Source: Candidatus Moraniibacteriota bacterium (lineage in GTDB: Bacteria; Patescibacteriota; Minisyncoccia; Moranbacterales; UBA1568). From it: a DNA stretch of 64,000 nt. Made by a program: the position numbers and the translations under genes. Positions 30,243 to 39,284 of this stretch are shown piece by piece. The DNA lies in contig CP064994.1 of assembly GCA_016699975.1 (NCBI GenBank), positions 848,311-912,310 on the forward strand, in the 5' to 3' direction. How positions within the stretch are numbered: position 1 is the stretch's first letter; every line of letters begins with the position of its first letter. The notes below the pieces were generated by a model. It had not been told where the DNA came from, did no database searches, and worked only from the letters and a program-made list of their open reading frames with translations.

Positions 30243-31080
30243 TTGAAATGGGATTGTGGCCAGGTCCGCCCCCAACTGAATAGATATATGAAAGAGAAGC
30301 GAATGGATCGAAAATGCGAAACTCTTATTGATCCAGAACGAGCACCAATGATAAAAAAGATGTGTGAAACAGTAGCCTATGAACATTGGAGCGGGAGAAA
30401 AATCTACAACTGGCTCAAATTTGATCTGAACTTCAAAAGTGGCACCAGAAAGAGAAACTTAAGCCTCGGCAATATCTACAGGCTCCTCGATAATACCTTC
30501 TACTATGGAGTATTCTAATATCCAAGAAAATCAGGAAACTGGTACACAGGGAAACACAAACCGAGCATTACCAAAGAGCTTTTTGATCTCGTACAAAGTC
30601 AGATAAAAAGCCAAATTCTACGGGTTGAAGGGAAAGAGTTCGCTTTCACGAAAATAATGACTTGCAGACTCTGCGGATCAGGTATAAGTGCCGACGAAAA
30701 GTTCAAAAAGAAAAGAAGTGGCGGAGTTCACCGATAGGTCTCCTACGGCTGTACCAAAGCTAGAGGGACCGATTGTAAGTGTGGCTATACCGAAAAAAAA
30801 GAAATCCTAAAACATTTTGAAGAACTGATAGACAAGATAAGTCTCAATGAGATCGAGGTAAAGGAAAAATAAAAGCAGATATTGATCAGTTTTCCAAAAT
30901 GCAAAAGTTCTTTCTCGGAACAAAAGAAAAAATCAGTATTCCCAGTGTTGATATTCGAGGATATGCCAAATATATCCTCGAAGAAGGTGCGAACGAAGAG
31001 AAGTGAGAAATACTGGGTTGTCTCAAAAGCAGGATCTATCTTGCAGAGAAGAAAATAACTTTGGATAAATAAATAGACAA
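30243..31080 (+). pseudogene. Large serine recombinase remnant (recombinase domain, zinc ribbon and coiled-coil region) with several frame breaks and stops. It has no catalytic N-terminal domain.
   Basis: ...KIYNWLKFDLNFKSGTRKRNLSLGNIYRLLDNTFYYGVF is followed, in shifted frames, by ...CRLCGSGISADEKFKKKRSGGV..YGC.KA..TDCKCGY. The second serine recombinase gene at 39285 has similar motifs. Confidence 0.55.
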
Positions 31081-31089
31081 TCATAAAAG

Positions 31090-31118
31090 TAAAAAGCACG
31101 GATTTTCCGTGCTTTTTA
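31090..31118. terminator. Bidirectional hairpin (AAAAAGCACGGA-TTT-TCCGTGCTTTTT) with T/A runs on both sides
   Basis: 7-bp stem flanked by an A5 run and a T5 run. Confidence 0.4.
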
Positions 31119-31169
31119 CTTTGTAACCGACCAATGTTGCAGGTAAGCGTGTCGTGCTACCTGCTGTTG

Positions 31170-31360
31170 GCGGTGAGATTTTGCGCTTTGCGCGAACTTT
31201 TTTCGAGCAAAGCACCAAATAAGGAAGCCGTCCCCGCCGTTGCGCTCCGCCCACTGGCGGATCGCTGTATCCAGAGAGAAGTTTCTTTACGATTTCGGAT
31301 TTTGCGCGCGGTTTTTTTCTCTCAAAAATGGAAAAGAAATCTTCTCTCTGGATACTCTGC
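31170..31360. repeat. Inverted repeat IR-A (left copy, ~190 bp). Its inverted partner lies at 38945..39133.
   Basis: The reverse complement of 31170..31360 matches 38945..39133 with only a few indels. The unit contains internal hairpins (GTATCCAGAGAGAAG...CTTCTCTCTGGATAC; CCGCCAGTGGGCGG). Confidence 0.85.
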
Positions 31361-31669
31361 TTTGGCAAGCAGAACGGCGGGAACGGCTGCTGTTGGTACG
31401 CCGCAGAGATAGAAATAAATGAGCTTGTGGTTATATTCTATCACATCAGGAAATATTTTGTTCACTCATTTCTCCATCTTTGCGGCGGAGCCATATCTAC
31501 AGTTTTCGGTAGTTCATTTGTTTGTGACTCCGGTTAAGCTGGTGCCAACCCATAATATGGATTGTGCTAGAGCACAATCAAATTTAATTGTGCTTGCCCC
31601 ACCCACCCGTGCGCGCACATCTGCTCGCAAAGGATAAAAGGGTTGCGAGCAAGACTCCCTTTTCATTCC

Positions 31670-33059
31670 CTATACTGAAGCCTTACTATGCTTGCTAATC
31701 TTTATTTGGGGAGTAATACCTAATTCCGAGCATTTTCTTGCCCAGGATTCAATTTTTTGTTTCAAGATTATAGAATTTATTTCAGAGATTTTAGTTGGCA
31801 ATTTTTTGTTTTCTATGCCAATCCAAAGACAGTAAACCCGGAAAGACTGATCCAGCTTTTTAGTATTCGCTTTCTTACTTATAAGTTCAAGTGTATTATT
31901 TGCCTGGTCACAAACATATCCTAGCTTTTGTGCAGTGCCAAATTTTACAGCATACACGGTATCCTCCTTCTTTACATCCCATGCCTCAATAGGCGTGCCC
32001 GATTTAACCTTAATTTTTGAAAAATCTTTATCCGCGATACTGTACCCGTGTTTCTTCAACTCTATATTAAAATCACTTTCTATTCCCATAATTTCAATCA
32101 AATCATCCTCTACTTTCTCTAGTTCTATGGTATCAATATACTCATTGAGTTGATCCAAATAATCTTCGTTAAATCTCATCCATTTACCTTGTGACAAAAT
32201 AACATTTTGACCATCAACGATATAATCAATTGATTCCTTGAGCGTCCGCGAGAACTCATTTGCATCTTCTTTTTTTACTTTAATCTTAATACTAAGTATT
32301 TGATCATCAGGAATCGAATGTTCTGATATAAATCCATTAAGCTGCTCAATCGAAAGCTCATCTAGCTCATTTGAAAAATTTCCTCCCCAATGAAATACAT
32401 ACTTTTCTTGTCCAGAAAATATGAAATCTACACCGACAAGGTCGTGGCTATTTGCGGTAAAGTCTGCACCGTCTTTGATTCCTTTTATTTCTTTGAGAAG
32501 CTTTTCTTCATAAGAAATGACTTCGGGAAGTCCATCTATAATCATCGTTCTGGGGAGCGCGAAAAGTTCTTTTGATTCAGCTAATCTAGTCAATTTATCA
32601 AGAAAATCCTCAAGGTCCTCTTTCTCAATTTCTGGATTAAGATTTACGGATGATCCGAATTTACCAGTTTTGCCGAAGTCAGCTTTTTGCTCTTCCAATA
32701 TAGATGCTTGCAAATAGTCAACGGATTCCCCACTTTCTATATCAAGCTTTGTATGTTTTGTATAGCTTCTTATTTCTTTTTTCTTCTTGCCAGCAAACTT
32801 TTTTGTAGATTTTTGACGAACATCCTGTTTATCAACAGCACGTTTTGCAATTTCTGTTCCAAAATCATGATCGCAGTGTTGCCGAAGATAAAAATGACTC
32901 TTCCCGTAACTAATAACGAAGCAATATTTGTCATTTTCCCAAAGATAAGCTGCAAAATAAATTAAATTCTTTGGCTTATTACCAGAAAAAAATTCCTCAT
33001 ATTCTTCCACCCACGGGATTTGTTTTGAGTTAATATCTTTTGAAAAATAGAAGCTATAT
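31670..33059 (-). CDS. Unknown protein, C-terminal ~462 codons of a ~505-aa gene interrupted by an IS630 element. It is the last gene of the R-M operon.
   Basis: ORF 31670..33073. Its first 5 codons are encoded by the IS terminal inverted repeat. The upstream exon is at 34140..34265. The protein is K/E-rich with no recognised domain. Confidence 0.45.
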
Positions 33060-34138
33060 CCCCCGCAAAACAAAATAGGGGATCTGGTATATTGGATTCA
33101 TGCCCGCAAAAACAAAAACTGAACTCTCCCCCGAAGAGAAAGATTTGCTCAAAGCGTATCTCAAAACATCCCCGCTCATTCTCGTTCGCCTGAAATGCCA
33201 TGCGATTCTTACGAGAGAAAAAGGAATGCCTCTGAAAGACATCGCCGATATTGTTTCGAGACACGAAAATACTATCGGTGTATGGATGAAGAACTGGGAA
33301 AAACAACGCATGGCGAGTATCTTCACCGGACATGAGGGAATCAGAACGCAAGTAAACTCACAGAAGAACAAAAGAAGAAATCAGAGAAGCCCTCGAAAAC
33401 CACCAAGTGAATACACTCTTCCAAAAACCTTTTGGGATGTCCCCGCCCTCAAAACATATGTTCAAGCGATATTTGGAGTCGTATTTGAATCCGTTCGTTC
33501 ATATCACTTCCTCCTTTCTTTTTGCAATCTGAGTTTCAAGTATCCCGATACCTTCGATCTTCACCGGAATGAAACTCATATTGTCGAAAGAATGGTTGAA
33601 ATACAGACAGAAATCAGCCCCTTCTCAAGGATGATTCGTGGGAAGTGTTTGCTTCCGATGAAGTGCGAATGGAATTGGAAGCTCTCACCAGAAAAGCGTG
33701 GCTCAAGAAAGGAGAACGGACGATCGTGCACGTGAATCGAAAGCGAGAAGCGCAAGTTATCTCGATTGCTCAATCAAAAAACTTTCGATGCCATCTTTAT
33801 GAAGTTCCCTGGCAAAACCAAGAAGAAATACTCAAAGCGTTGGAACAATTTCTGAAAGAGTATCCTGATAAAAATCTGTATCGTATGGGACAATGCGCGA
33901 TTTCCAGGGAAGGGGAATACGAAAAGCCCTCCGTAAAGGAGGACTTCTCGAGAGAGTGCATCTCATCAACTTGCCGCCATGCCCCCGATCATAATCCGAT
34001 TGAGCAGTGTGGAATACGGCGAAAGGGATGATGGCAAACACCCAATATGAAAGTTTTGAAAAAATGAAGATGGTGTTTTTCACGTATGTGAATGGACGAG
34101 CGTTTGAGTATCGAATCTAAGATTTTGTTTTGCGGGGG
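33060..34138 (+). mobile_element. IS630/Tc1-mariner family insertion sequence (~1.08 kb) with 17-bp terminal inverted repeats CCCCCGCAAAACAAAAT and TA-type flanks
   Basis: The left TIR is at 33060..33076. Its reverse complement is at 34122..34138. Flanks are ...TATAT| and |ATATAG. Confidence 0.75.
33100..34031 (+). pseudogene. IS630-family transposase (HTH plus DDE domain), frame break near 33650
   Basis: N-terminal HTH (LKCHAILTREKGMPLKDIADIV) and a C-terminal ...APDHNPIEQ motif (the YSPDLNPIE box) occupy two overlapping frames (ORFs 33100..33735 and 33645..34031). Confidence 0.65.
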
Positions 34139-34139
34139 A

Positions 34140-34265
34140 TATAGTTTTCCATTTTCCGTGCACAGAAGAGTGAATAACTTCGAGTCCCACAGACTCAAGC
34201 TTCAATTTCAAATCTAAAACACTGTCTTTTGGAATTTTGAAGATATTCAACTTCATAATGGTCAC
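34140..34265 (-). CDS. 5' exon (42 codons) of the IS630-disrupted unknown gene. Its start overlaps the methyltransferase stop (ATGA).
   Basis: MTIMKLNIFKIPKDSVLDLKLKLESVGLEVIHSSVHGKWKTI, after which the ORF runs into the IS TIR. Confidence 0.4.
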
Positions 34266-35041
34266 TTCATTCTATTTTCTGCAACCTTAAAGTATTTTTT
34301 ATCCTTCTCTATGCCAACCCAAGTTCTGCCAAGTTTTTTTGCAACAAATGTTGTTGTGCCACTCCCGAGAAACGGGTCAAGAACAACGTCGCCTTTATTA
34401 GACGAAGCAAGAATGATTCTTCTCAACATTTCCTCTGGTTTCTGCGTTGGATGAACTGCTCGATTATCCTTTCCGCGTATTCTTTCTTTTCCTTGTACCA
34501 ATGGCAACTGCCAAACATCCCGCATTTGCTTCAAGGAGCCATCTTTTTGTTTTTCAGGATTCAGTTTTTTTAATTCCTCATAGTTGAACACCCATCCCTT
34601 GCCTTTTACCGCCCATACAACAAATTCTGTAGAGTGTGTAAATACGCGCCTCGTCATATTTGGCATCGCATTTGTTTTTTGCCAAGTAATAATATTATTG
34701 ATCTTGAAATCAAGTTGTTTCAAGACAATCATTACCTCTGAAATATTGTGATATGTGCAGGAAATATAGATTGAGCCACCTTCTCTCAAAACACGATACG
34801 CTCCACCAATCCATTTGCGTGTAAACTGCAAGTATTCAGGAGCGGACATCCTGTCCCACTCTTCGTTTACCATGTACCAATCGCCACCTGTTTTATTTCC
34901 CTTCCAATGCAAGCCATTGCCAGAAAGGTTATAGGGAGGATCAGCAAAGATAAGATCAACAGATTCTTTCTCAATCTGCTTAGTCATTATCTCTACACAA
35001 GCTCCTAGGTATAGTTGGTTTTTCTTCATATTTTTATACAA
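34262..35041 (-). CDS. Beta-class DNA methyltransferase (N6-adenine or N4-cytosine; motif IV DPPY before motif I)
   Basis: IFADPPYN near the N-terminus and LDPFLGSGTT near the C-terminus give the permuted beta-class order. The length is 259 aa, typical of the HinfI/RsrI-like group. Confidence 0.8.
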   Translation of the reverse strand: MYKNMKKNQLYLGACVEIMTKQIEKESVDLIFADPPYNLSGNGLHWKGNKTGGDWYMVNEEWDRMSAPEYLQFTRKWIGGAYRVLREGGSIYISCTYHNISEVMIVLKQLDFKINNIITWQKTNAMPNMTRRVFTHSTEFVVWAVKGKGWVFNYEELKKLNPEKQKDGSLKQMRDVWQLPLVQGKERIRGKDNRAVHPTQKPEEMLRRIILASSNKGDVVLDPFLGSGTTTFVAKKLGRTWVGIEKDKKYFKVAENRMK

Positions 35042-36848
35042 GGCTTGCCTGCCATGTTGATATGGCGTTTGGAATATTCTTTAACCACTCTCCCGAGTCC
35101 GTATACGATTTTGATGAACCAATAATTTCTTCGTACAAACGAGAGATTTCATCGTGCTTCAAAAATTTATTCTCAGATTTTATCTTGACGAGAGTTTTCA
35201 AGACTGAAACAAAATCAGTAATTGATAATGGTACTATTTTTTGAGTTTTCCCCTCATATTCATATTTGATAGCTGTCCAAAAAGTATTGACCGTATCACG
35301 ATGAATTTTTGGAGCTATAAAGAGACAATATGTTTTCTTATCAGTGTATTTATTCTCAAAATCCCGCAAATGTCTCATAACTGGCTGCCCCTCATTGTAC
35401 CATTGATCCCTACCTGTAAGCATTGTAACTTCGCAGATAGCATTAAAGTTTCCATAGAAACATTCGATGTCTGGTGTGTTGGCAGGAGCAGTAAAAGTGG
35501 GCTCATTATCGTCTCCGACAGGATAGTTTGGTTGTATTTTGAGTGCGTCATTTAGTGCGTGGAGACCAAGAGAGGACAATTTTTCAAGCAGTATCGGTCG
35601 ATCCTCAAAGTCAAAAATATTTTCGAGGTCTTTGATGTAAGATTCAACTTGTTCTACCGCTTGTGATTTTTTGTGGTTACCCTCTTCTTGTAATGTCCGC
35701 CTCAAAACCCGCAACTCCTCAATGTATGCCTTGAGTTCCGTTTCTTGAAAAGTCTGATAATCCCTTATAGCAATACCTCTCCTCTGTAAGTCACTCTCGT
35801 ATTGCTCAATATCTTGAACGAGGTTTTTGATGATTTCCACATATTTTTCCTTAGTTTCCCAAGGTAGTTGTGGTTGCGAGATATCAGAAATATAGTTTAG
35901 ATACTCATCTTTTGTTGCAAAAACCCTTGATTGCGCATTATCAAAATCAAGCAAAGATTTTATCTCAACTGATCTTCTCGATTCCAAATCAATATAATAA
36001 CCACCACCACGAATAAATATGTAGCGTGTTAGACGAGAATATCGTATTGCATTATCTCCGTAATCGCGTAGATTTTTCAGAAGTCCTGAAACTGCACTTG
36101 TCTTTTTTGTCCCGAGAAATTTACTTACAAATTCTTTTTCATAGGAATCAAAAATTGCTTTCTGTTCATTTCTATTTTTTCCAGAAAGCTTATCGCGCAA
36201 TCCTATGAGGTTTGTCGCATAACCATCAATATCCTTGTAATTTACCAATGTTGGTACGAAAAGCGAAAATTCTTTCTTACTAATTCCTTTCGCCTCTTTG
36301 CCTCGCGCAATTTCTTTTCTGTTTACAGCATCTATCAAGTGAAGCGCACCAATAAATGGTTTAATATCATATCCACTATCCTGCGAATAATCGTCATTAT
36401 CCAAGTTCGGAACTTGCCATTTCAAGAAACTTCTCAAGAAAATTTCTCCAAGATCGAAATTTTCCTTCAAAAACAATCTTCCTAAATCTGTGATAAAAAT
36501 TTTCCCATCTTTAATGGAAACAAATCCGAATTTTTTTAGAGGATTCAATGATTGTCTGCCTCGCATCGAAGGATCCTCATAGTTCTTGGCATTGAAAATT
36601 GCCTCAGCTTCTTTGAAAGAAATTTCTTTTGATTGATCGTCAATCAGGCTTATCTGATCTTCTGAAAGACCATTATAAAACTGGCGGCTTCCATACCCGT
36701 AAACTCTATTTTTAATAAGCAAAATCTGATATTTTTTCTGATTTTCTAAATTCCACTCAAAATTTTCAATCTCCTGCAAAACGACTAGGAAATTTCTTAG
36801 TCTTTCAGGATTACGTAATGTTGTTGTAATTGACCAGGGCTTTTTCAT
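35034..36848 (-). CDS. Type IIS restriction endonuclease or nicking enzyme of the AlwI family (N.BstNBI/PleI/MlyI-like)
   Basis: 604 aa. The C-terminal block ...ICEVTMLTGRDQWYNEGQPVMRHL...YCLFIAPKIHRDT...IVPLSITDF parallels ...LGEVTTSKG...EPVTRH...YCLFIAPEIN...IIPLSLKQF, recalled from N.BstNBI. The N-terminal region is also similar. Confidence 0.7.
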   Translation of the reverse strand: MKKPWSITTTLRNPERLRNFLVVLQEIENFEWNLENQKKYQILLIKNRVYGYGSRQFYNGLSEDQISLIDDQSKEISFKEAEAIFNAKNYEDPSMRGRQSLNPLKKFGFVSIKDGKIFITDLGRLFLKENFDLGEIFLRSFLKWQVPNLDNDDYSQDSGYDIKPFIGALHLIDAVNRKEIARGKEAKGISKKEFSLFVPTLVNYKDIDGYATNLIGLRDKLSGKNRNEQKAIFDSYEKEFVSKFLGTKKTSAVSGLLKNLRDYGDNAIRYSRLTRYIFIRGGGYYIDLESRRSVEIKSLLDFDNAQSRVFATKDEYLNYISDISQPQLPWETKEKYVEIIKNLVQDIEQYESDLQRRGIAIRDYQTFQETELKAYIEELRVLRRTLQEEGNHKKSQAVEQVESYIKDLENIFDFEDRPILLEKLSSLGLHALNDALKIQPNYPVGDDNEPTFTAPANTPDIECFYGNFNAICEVTMLTGRDQWYNEGQPVMRHLRDFENKYTDKKTYCLFIAPKIHRDTVNTFWTAIKYEYEGKTQKIVPLSITDFVSVLKTLVKIKSENKFLKHDEISRLYEEIIGSSKSYTDSGEWLKNIPNAISTWQASLV

Positions 36849-36850
36849 AA

Positions 36851-38659
36851 TTATTTTGTAACTTTACAATAAAAGATTCTCTCGGCATTATCATCGCCAT
36901 TACTTTTTCCAGTTGTAAATGCTTTATACTCTTTTTCGAAAATTTCCACTTCTCCTTTGCTGTTCAAAATTCTCAGTATGTCCTTATCTTTCATTCTCGC
37001 ATTTGATCGCCCATCTTTTGAGTCGCCAGTATTATTATACGAAAGCAAAATATGATTGCATTTTGCATTCATAATCAAGTCTTCAAATGCCTGCGTCGCG
37101 TTCTTTAAACAATAAGAACTTTTAATGTGCGATCGATCCATTTTCTTTCCAATTCCAACGACTGCTGGCTTTTTCCATTCCACCAAGTTTTCTAAAAGAT
37201 GGTATGCGTCAGAATACTGTCTTGAATTGTAAGGGGGATCAATATATAAAACATCACAAGTAATTTTTCGAATAAGAGCGTTTGCATCTTCCCTATAAAC
37301 TTTGTTGTTTTTATTCCGGGAATAATCAAAATCTGGCACTAGCAGCTTCAATGGCTGTACAGTATCTAATTTTTTTCGGAACGCATCATAATGCCCAACG
37401 GTATTAGCAACCTTGTCTACTGCGTAAAGCAATGAACAAATAAGCAGACTTCTTTCGTCTTCATTTTCTGCAATACGGTCAATTTCTTCTCGTATTGCTC
37501 CAATTTTCCTTGCATTTTCTAACGAAAAATATGTTCCTCCAAAATGCTTAGAGAAATAATTATCGTCTTTGCTTTGTAGATTGTTTAAATGGCTTATTTT
37601 ATTTGCTACACTGGCAAGAATATCCTTACTAACACCAAGAAAAGCATTTAAACAAACATAGTTTGCATAAAGAAAATCATTCGAAATGATTTTGACTTCT
37701 GGGGTATTAAACCTTTCACCAACAACGCCCGTTCCAGAAAAAATATCACAAAGAGAATCTATTTTCCCGCATTTCTCAGAAATAATGTCCTCTATAAACC
37801 CGAGAAGTTTATGCTTGTTTCCTAAGTACCTTCTATTTTGCAATTGAAAATACCCGGCTTTTTGTTGTATTGGCTGAAAATAATGTTTCTCGACTTTTCG
37901 AACGCTCATTTCATAAACAGGTCTTTCAATCTCTAATAAGTCAAAAAGTGTCGCCTGTGTTCCATCAGCAACATAATCAAAATCAGTACCAGTCTTTTTT
38001 AACTTTTCACAAAAACTATAATGTTCATTTTCGGAAACAATAATAAAATCAATAACGGGTATCCCCATTATTTCGCCAGCTTGTGCTATTTTCTCAACAA
38101 CTTGAGTATCTTTTTCACTCGGAGTAGTATCTCCTGATGGATGATTATGTACCAATATGACGCTAGCGGCATTTAACTCCGTTGCTGGATGAAAAATTTC
38201 TCGTGGATGTAAGAGTGTTTTATCAAGAAGCCCAACACTCACTACTTCTTTCTTAAGCAAGCCATTCCTTGCATTGAGATATAGGCAGACGAGATGTTCT
38301 TTTTTCTTATCTCGTAGATCATAAATCAAAGACAGTACATCCTGTGAGTTTTTTATGATAAGCTCATTGGATTTTTCTTCTTGATAAAACCTCTTCACGA
38401 GAGAAACAGCAGAAACAACCTGAAGAGCCTTTGCCTGCCCAATTCCTGATATTTTTTGCAAATCATCCACGGATATATCTAAAAATCCTTTTCCAAATTT
38501 TTGGATCACTTGTTGGGATAATTTTTGAACATTTTTCCCTTTGATTCCGCTCCCAAGTAGAATAGCCAAAAGATCACTTTTGGAAAGTGCATCCGGTCCT
38601 TTCTTAAGGAACCTCTCTCTTGGTCTATCCACTTTTGGAATATCTTTTATTTTTGTCAT
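36851..38659 (-). CDS. Fusion protein with an N-terminal RadC-like JAB/MPN domain and a C-terminal Dam-like (D12-class, alpha) N6-adenine DNA methyltransferase
   Basis: Residues 1-225 carry a RadC HhH region (LSKSDLLAILLGSGIKGK...ISGIGQAKALQ) and the JAMM motif HNHPSGDTTPSEKD. Residues ~250-602 carry YLGNKHKLLGFIE...DIFSGTGVVG (D12 motif I) and LYIDPPYN (motif IV). Confidence 0.75.
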   Translation of the reverse strand: MTKIKDIPKVDRPRERFLKKGPDALSKSDLLAILLGSGIKGKNVQKLSQQVIQKFGKGFLDISVDDLQKISGIGQAKALQVVSAVSLVKRFYQEEKSNELIIKNSQDVLSLIYDLRDKKKEHLVCLYLNARNGLLKKEVVSVGLLDKTLLHPREIFHPATELNAASVILVHNHPSGDTTPSEKDTQVVEKIAQAGEIMGIPVIDFIIVSENEHYSFCEKLKKTGTDFDYVADGTQATLFDLLEIERPVYEMSVRKVEKHYFQPIQQKAGYFQLQNRRYLGNKHKLLGFIEDIISEKCGKIDSLCDIFSGTGVVGERFNTPEVKIISNDFLYANYVCLNAFLGVSKDILASVANKISHLNNLQSKDDNYFSKHFGGTYFSLENARKIGAIREEIDRIAENEDERSLLICSLLYAVDKVANTVGHYDAFRKKLDTVQPLKLLVPDFDYSRNKNNKVYREDANALIRKITCDVLYIDPPYNSRQYSDAYHLLENLVEWKKPAVVGIGKKMDRSHIKSSYCLKNATQAFEDLIMNAKCNHILLSYNNTGDSKDGRSNARMKDKDILRILNSKGEVEIFEKEYKAFTTGKSNGDDNAERIFYCKVTK

Positions 38660-38661
38660 AT

Positions 38662-38910
38662 CTATTTCAAAAGCTCATCACTCGCGACATCTAACGCCTG
38701 TGCGATCTTTTCGATTGTTGCAAGGGTGGGGTTTCCTTTCCCTGCTTCAATATTGCTCACTTGAGCACGATCAAAACCGAGCTTACGACAAATGTCGCCT
38801 TGCGACATTTTCTTCTGCTCTCGTATGCGTTTGATGTTTTTCCCAAGCTTGATTGAAGGGGTAGTCATATCTATAGATTTTATTATACCGATTGTTGTGT
38901 TGTATAACAA
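38662..38910 (-). CDS. Controller (C-protein-like) XRE-family HTH regulator at the head of the R-M operon
   Basis: LGKNIKRIREQKKMSQGDICRKLGFDRAQVSNIEAGKGNPTLATIEKIAQAL. The stop is 3 nt before the RadC-methyltransferase start. About 70-80 aa. Confidence 0.6.
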   Translation of the reverse strand: MLYNTTIGIIKSIDMTTPSIKLGKNIKRIREQKKMSQGDICRKLGFDRAQVSNIEAGKGNPTLATIEKIAQALDVASDELLK

Positions 38911-38944
38911 TAATGTGATATATTACAATACACAAAGGAAAAAA

Positions 38945-39133
38945 GCAGAGTATCCAGAGAGAAGTTTTCTTTTCCATTTTTGAGAAAAAAACCGCGCGCA
39001 AAATCCGAAATCGTAAAGAAACTTCTCTCTGGATACAGCGATCCGCCAGTGGGCGGAGCGCAACGGCGGGGACGGCTTCCTTATTTGGTGCTTTGCTCGA
39101 AAAAAGTTCGCGCAAAGCGCAAAATCTCACCGC
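38945..39133. repeat. Inverted repeat IR-A' (right copy)
   Basis: Reverse complement of 31170..31360. Confidence 0.85.
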
Positions 39134-39255
39134 AAATTGAAACTTCCGAATCCGAAAGGGAAAAGGATCGGTGCGCCGAAGGCGCGGAAGAAGACAGAAG
39201 GTGGCGTCGCTCCGCGACGAATCTGAATGGGGTGGACAGGCTGAAGCGGGCGGAT
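39130..39255. repeat. Inverted repeat IR-B (left copy, ~126 bp). Its partner is at 40678..40805, and it directly abuts IR-A'.
   Basis: The reverse complement of 40678..40805 equals 39130..39255 nearly perfectly. It begins with a near-copy (1 mismatch in 9) of the tRNA-Ser 3' end (CTCACCGC versus CTCTCCGC). Confidence 0.85.
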
Positions 39256-39284
39256 TTGTCCTTGTTTCGTATCCAAAAGCAATT

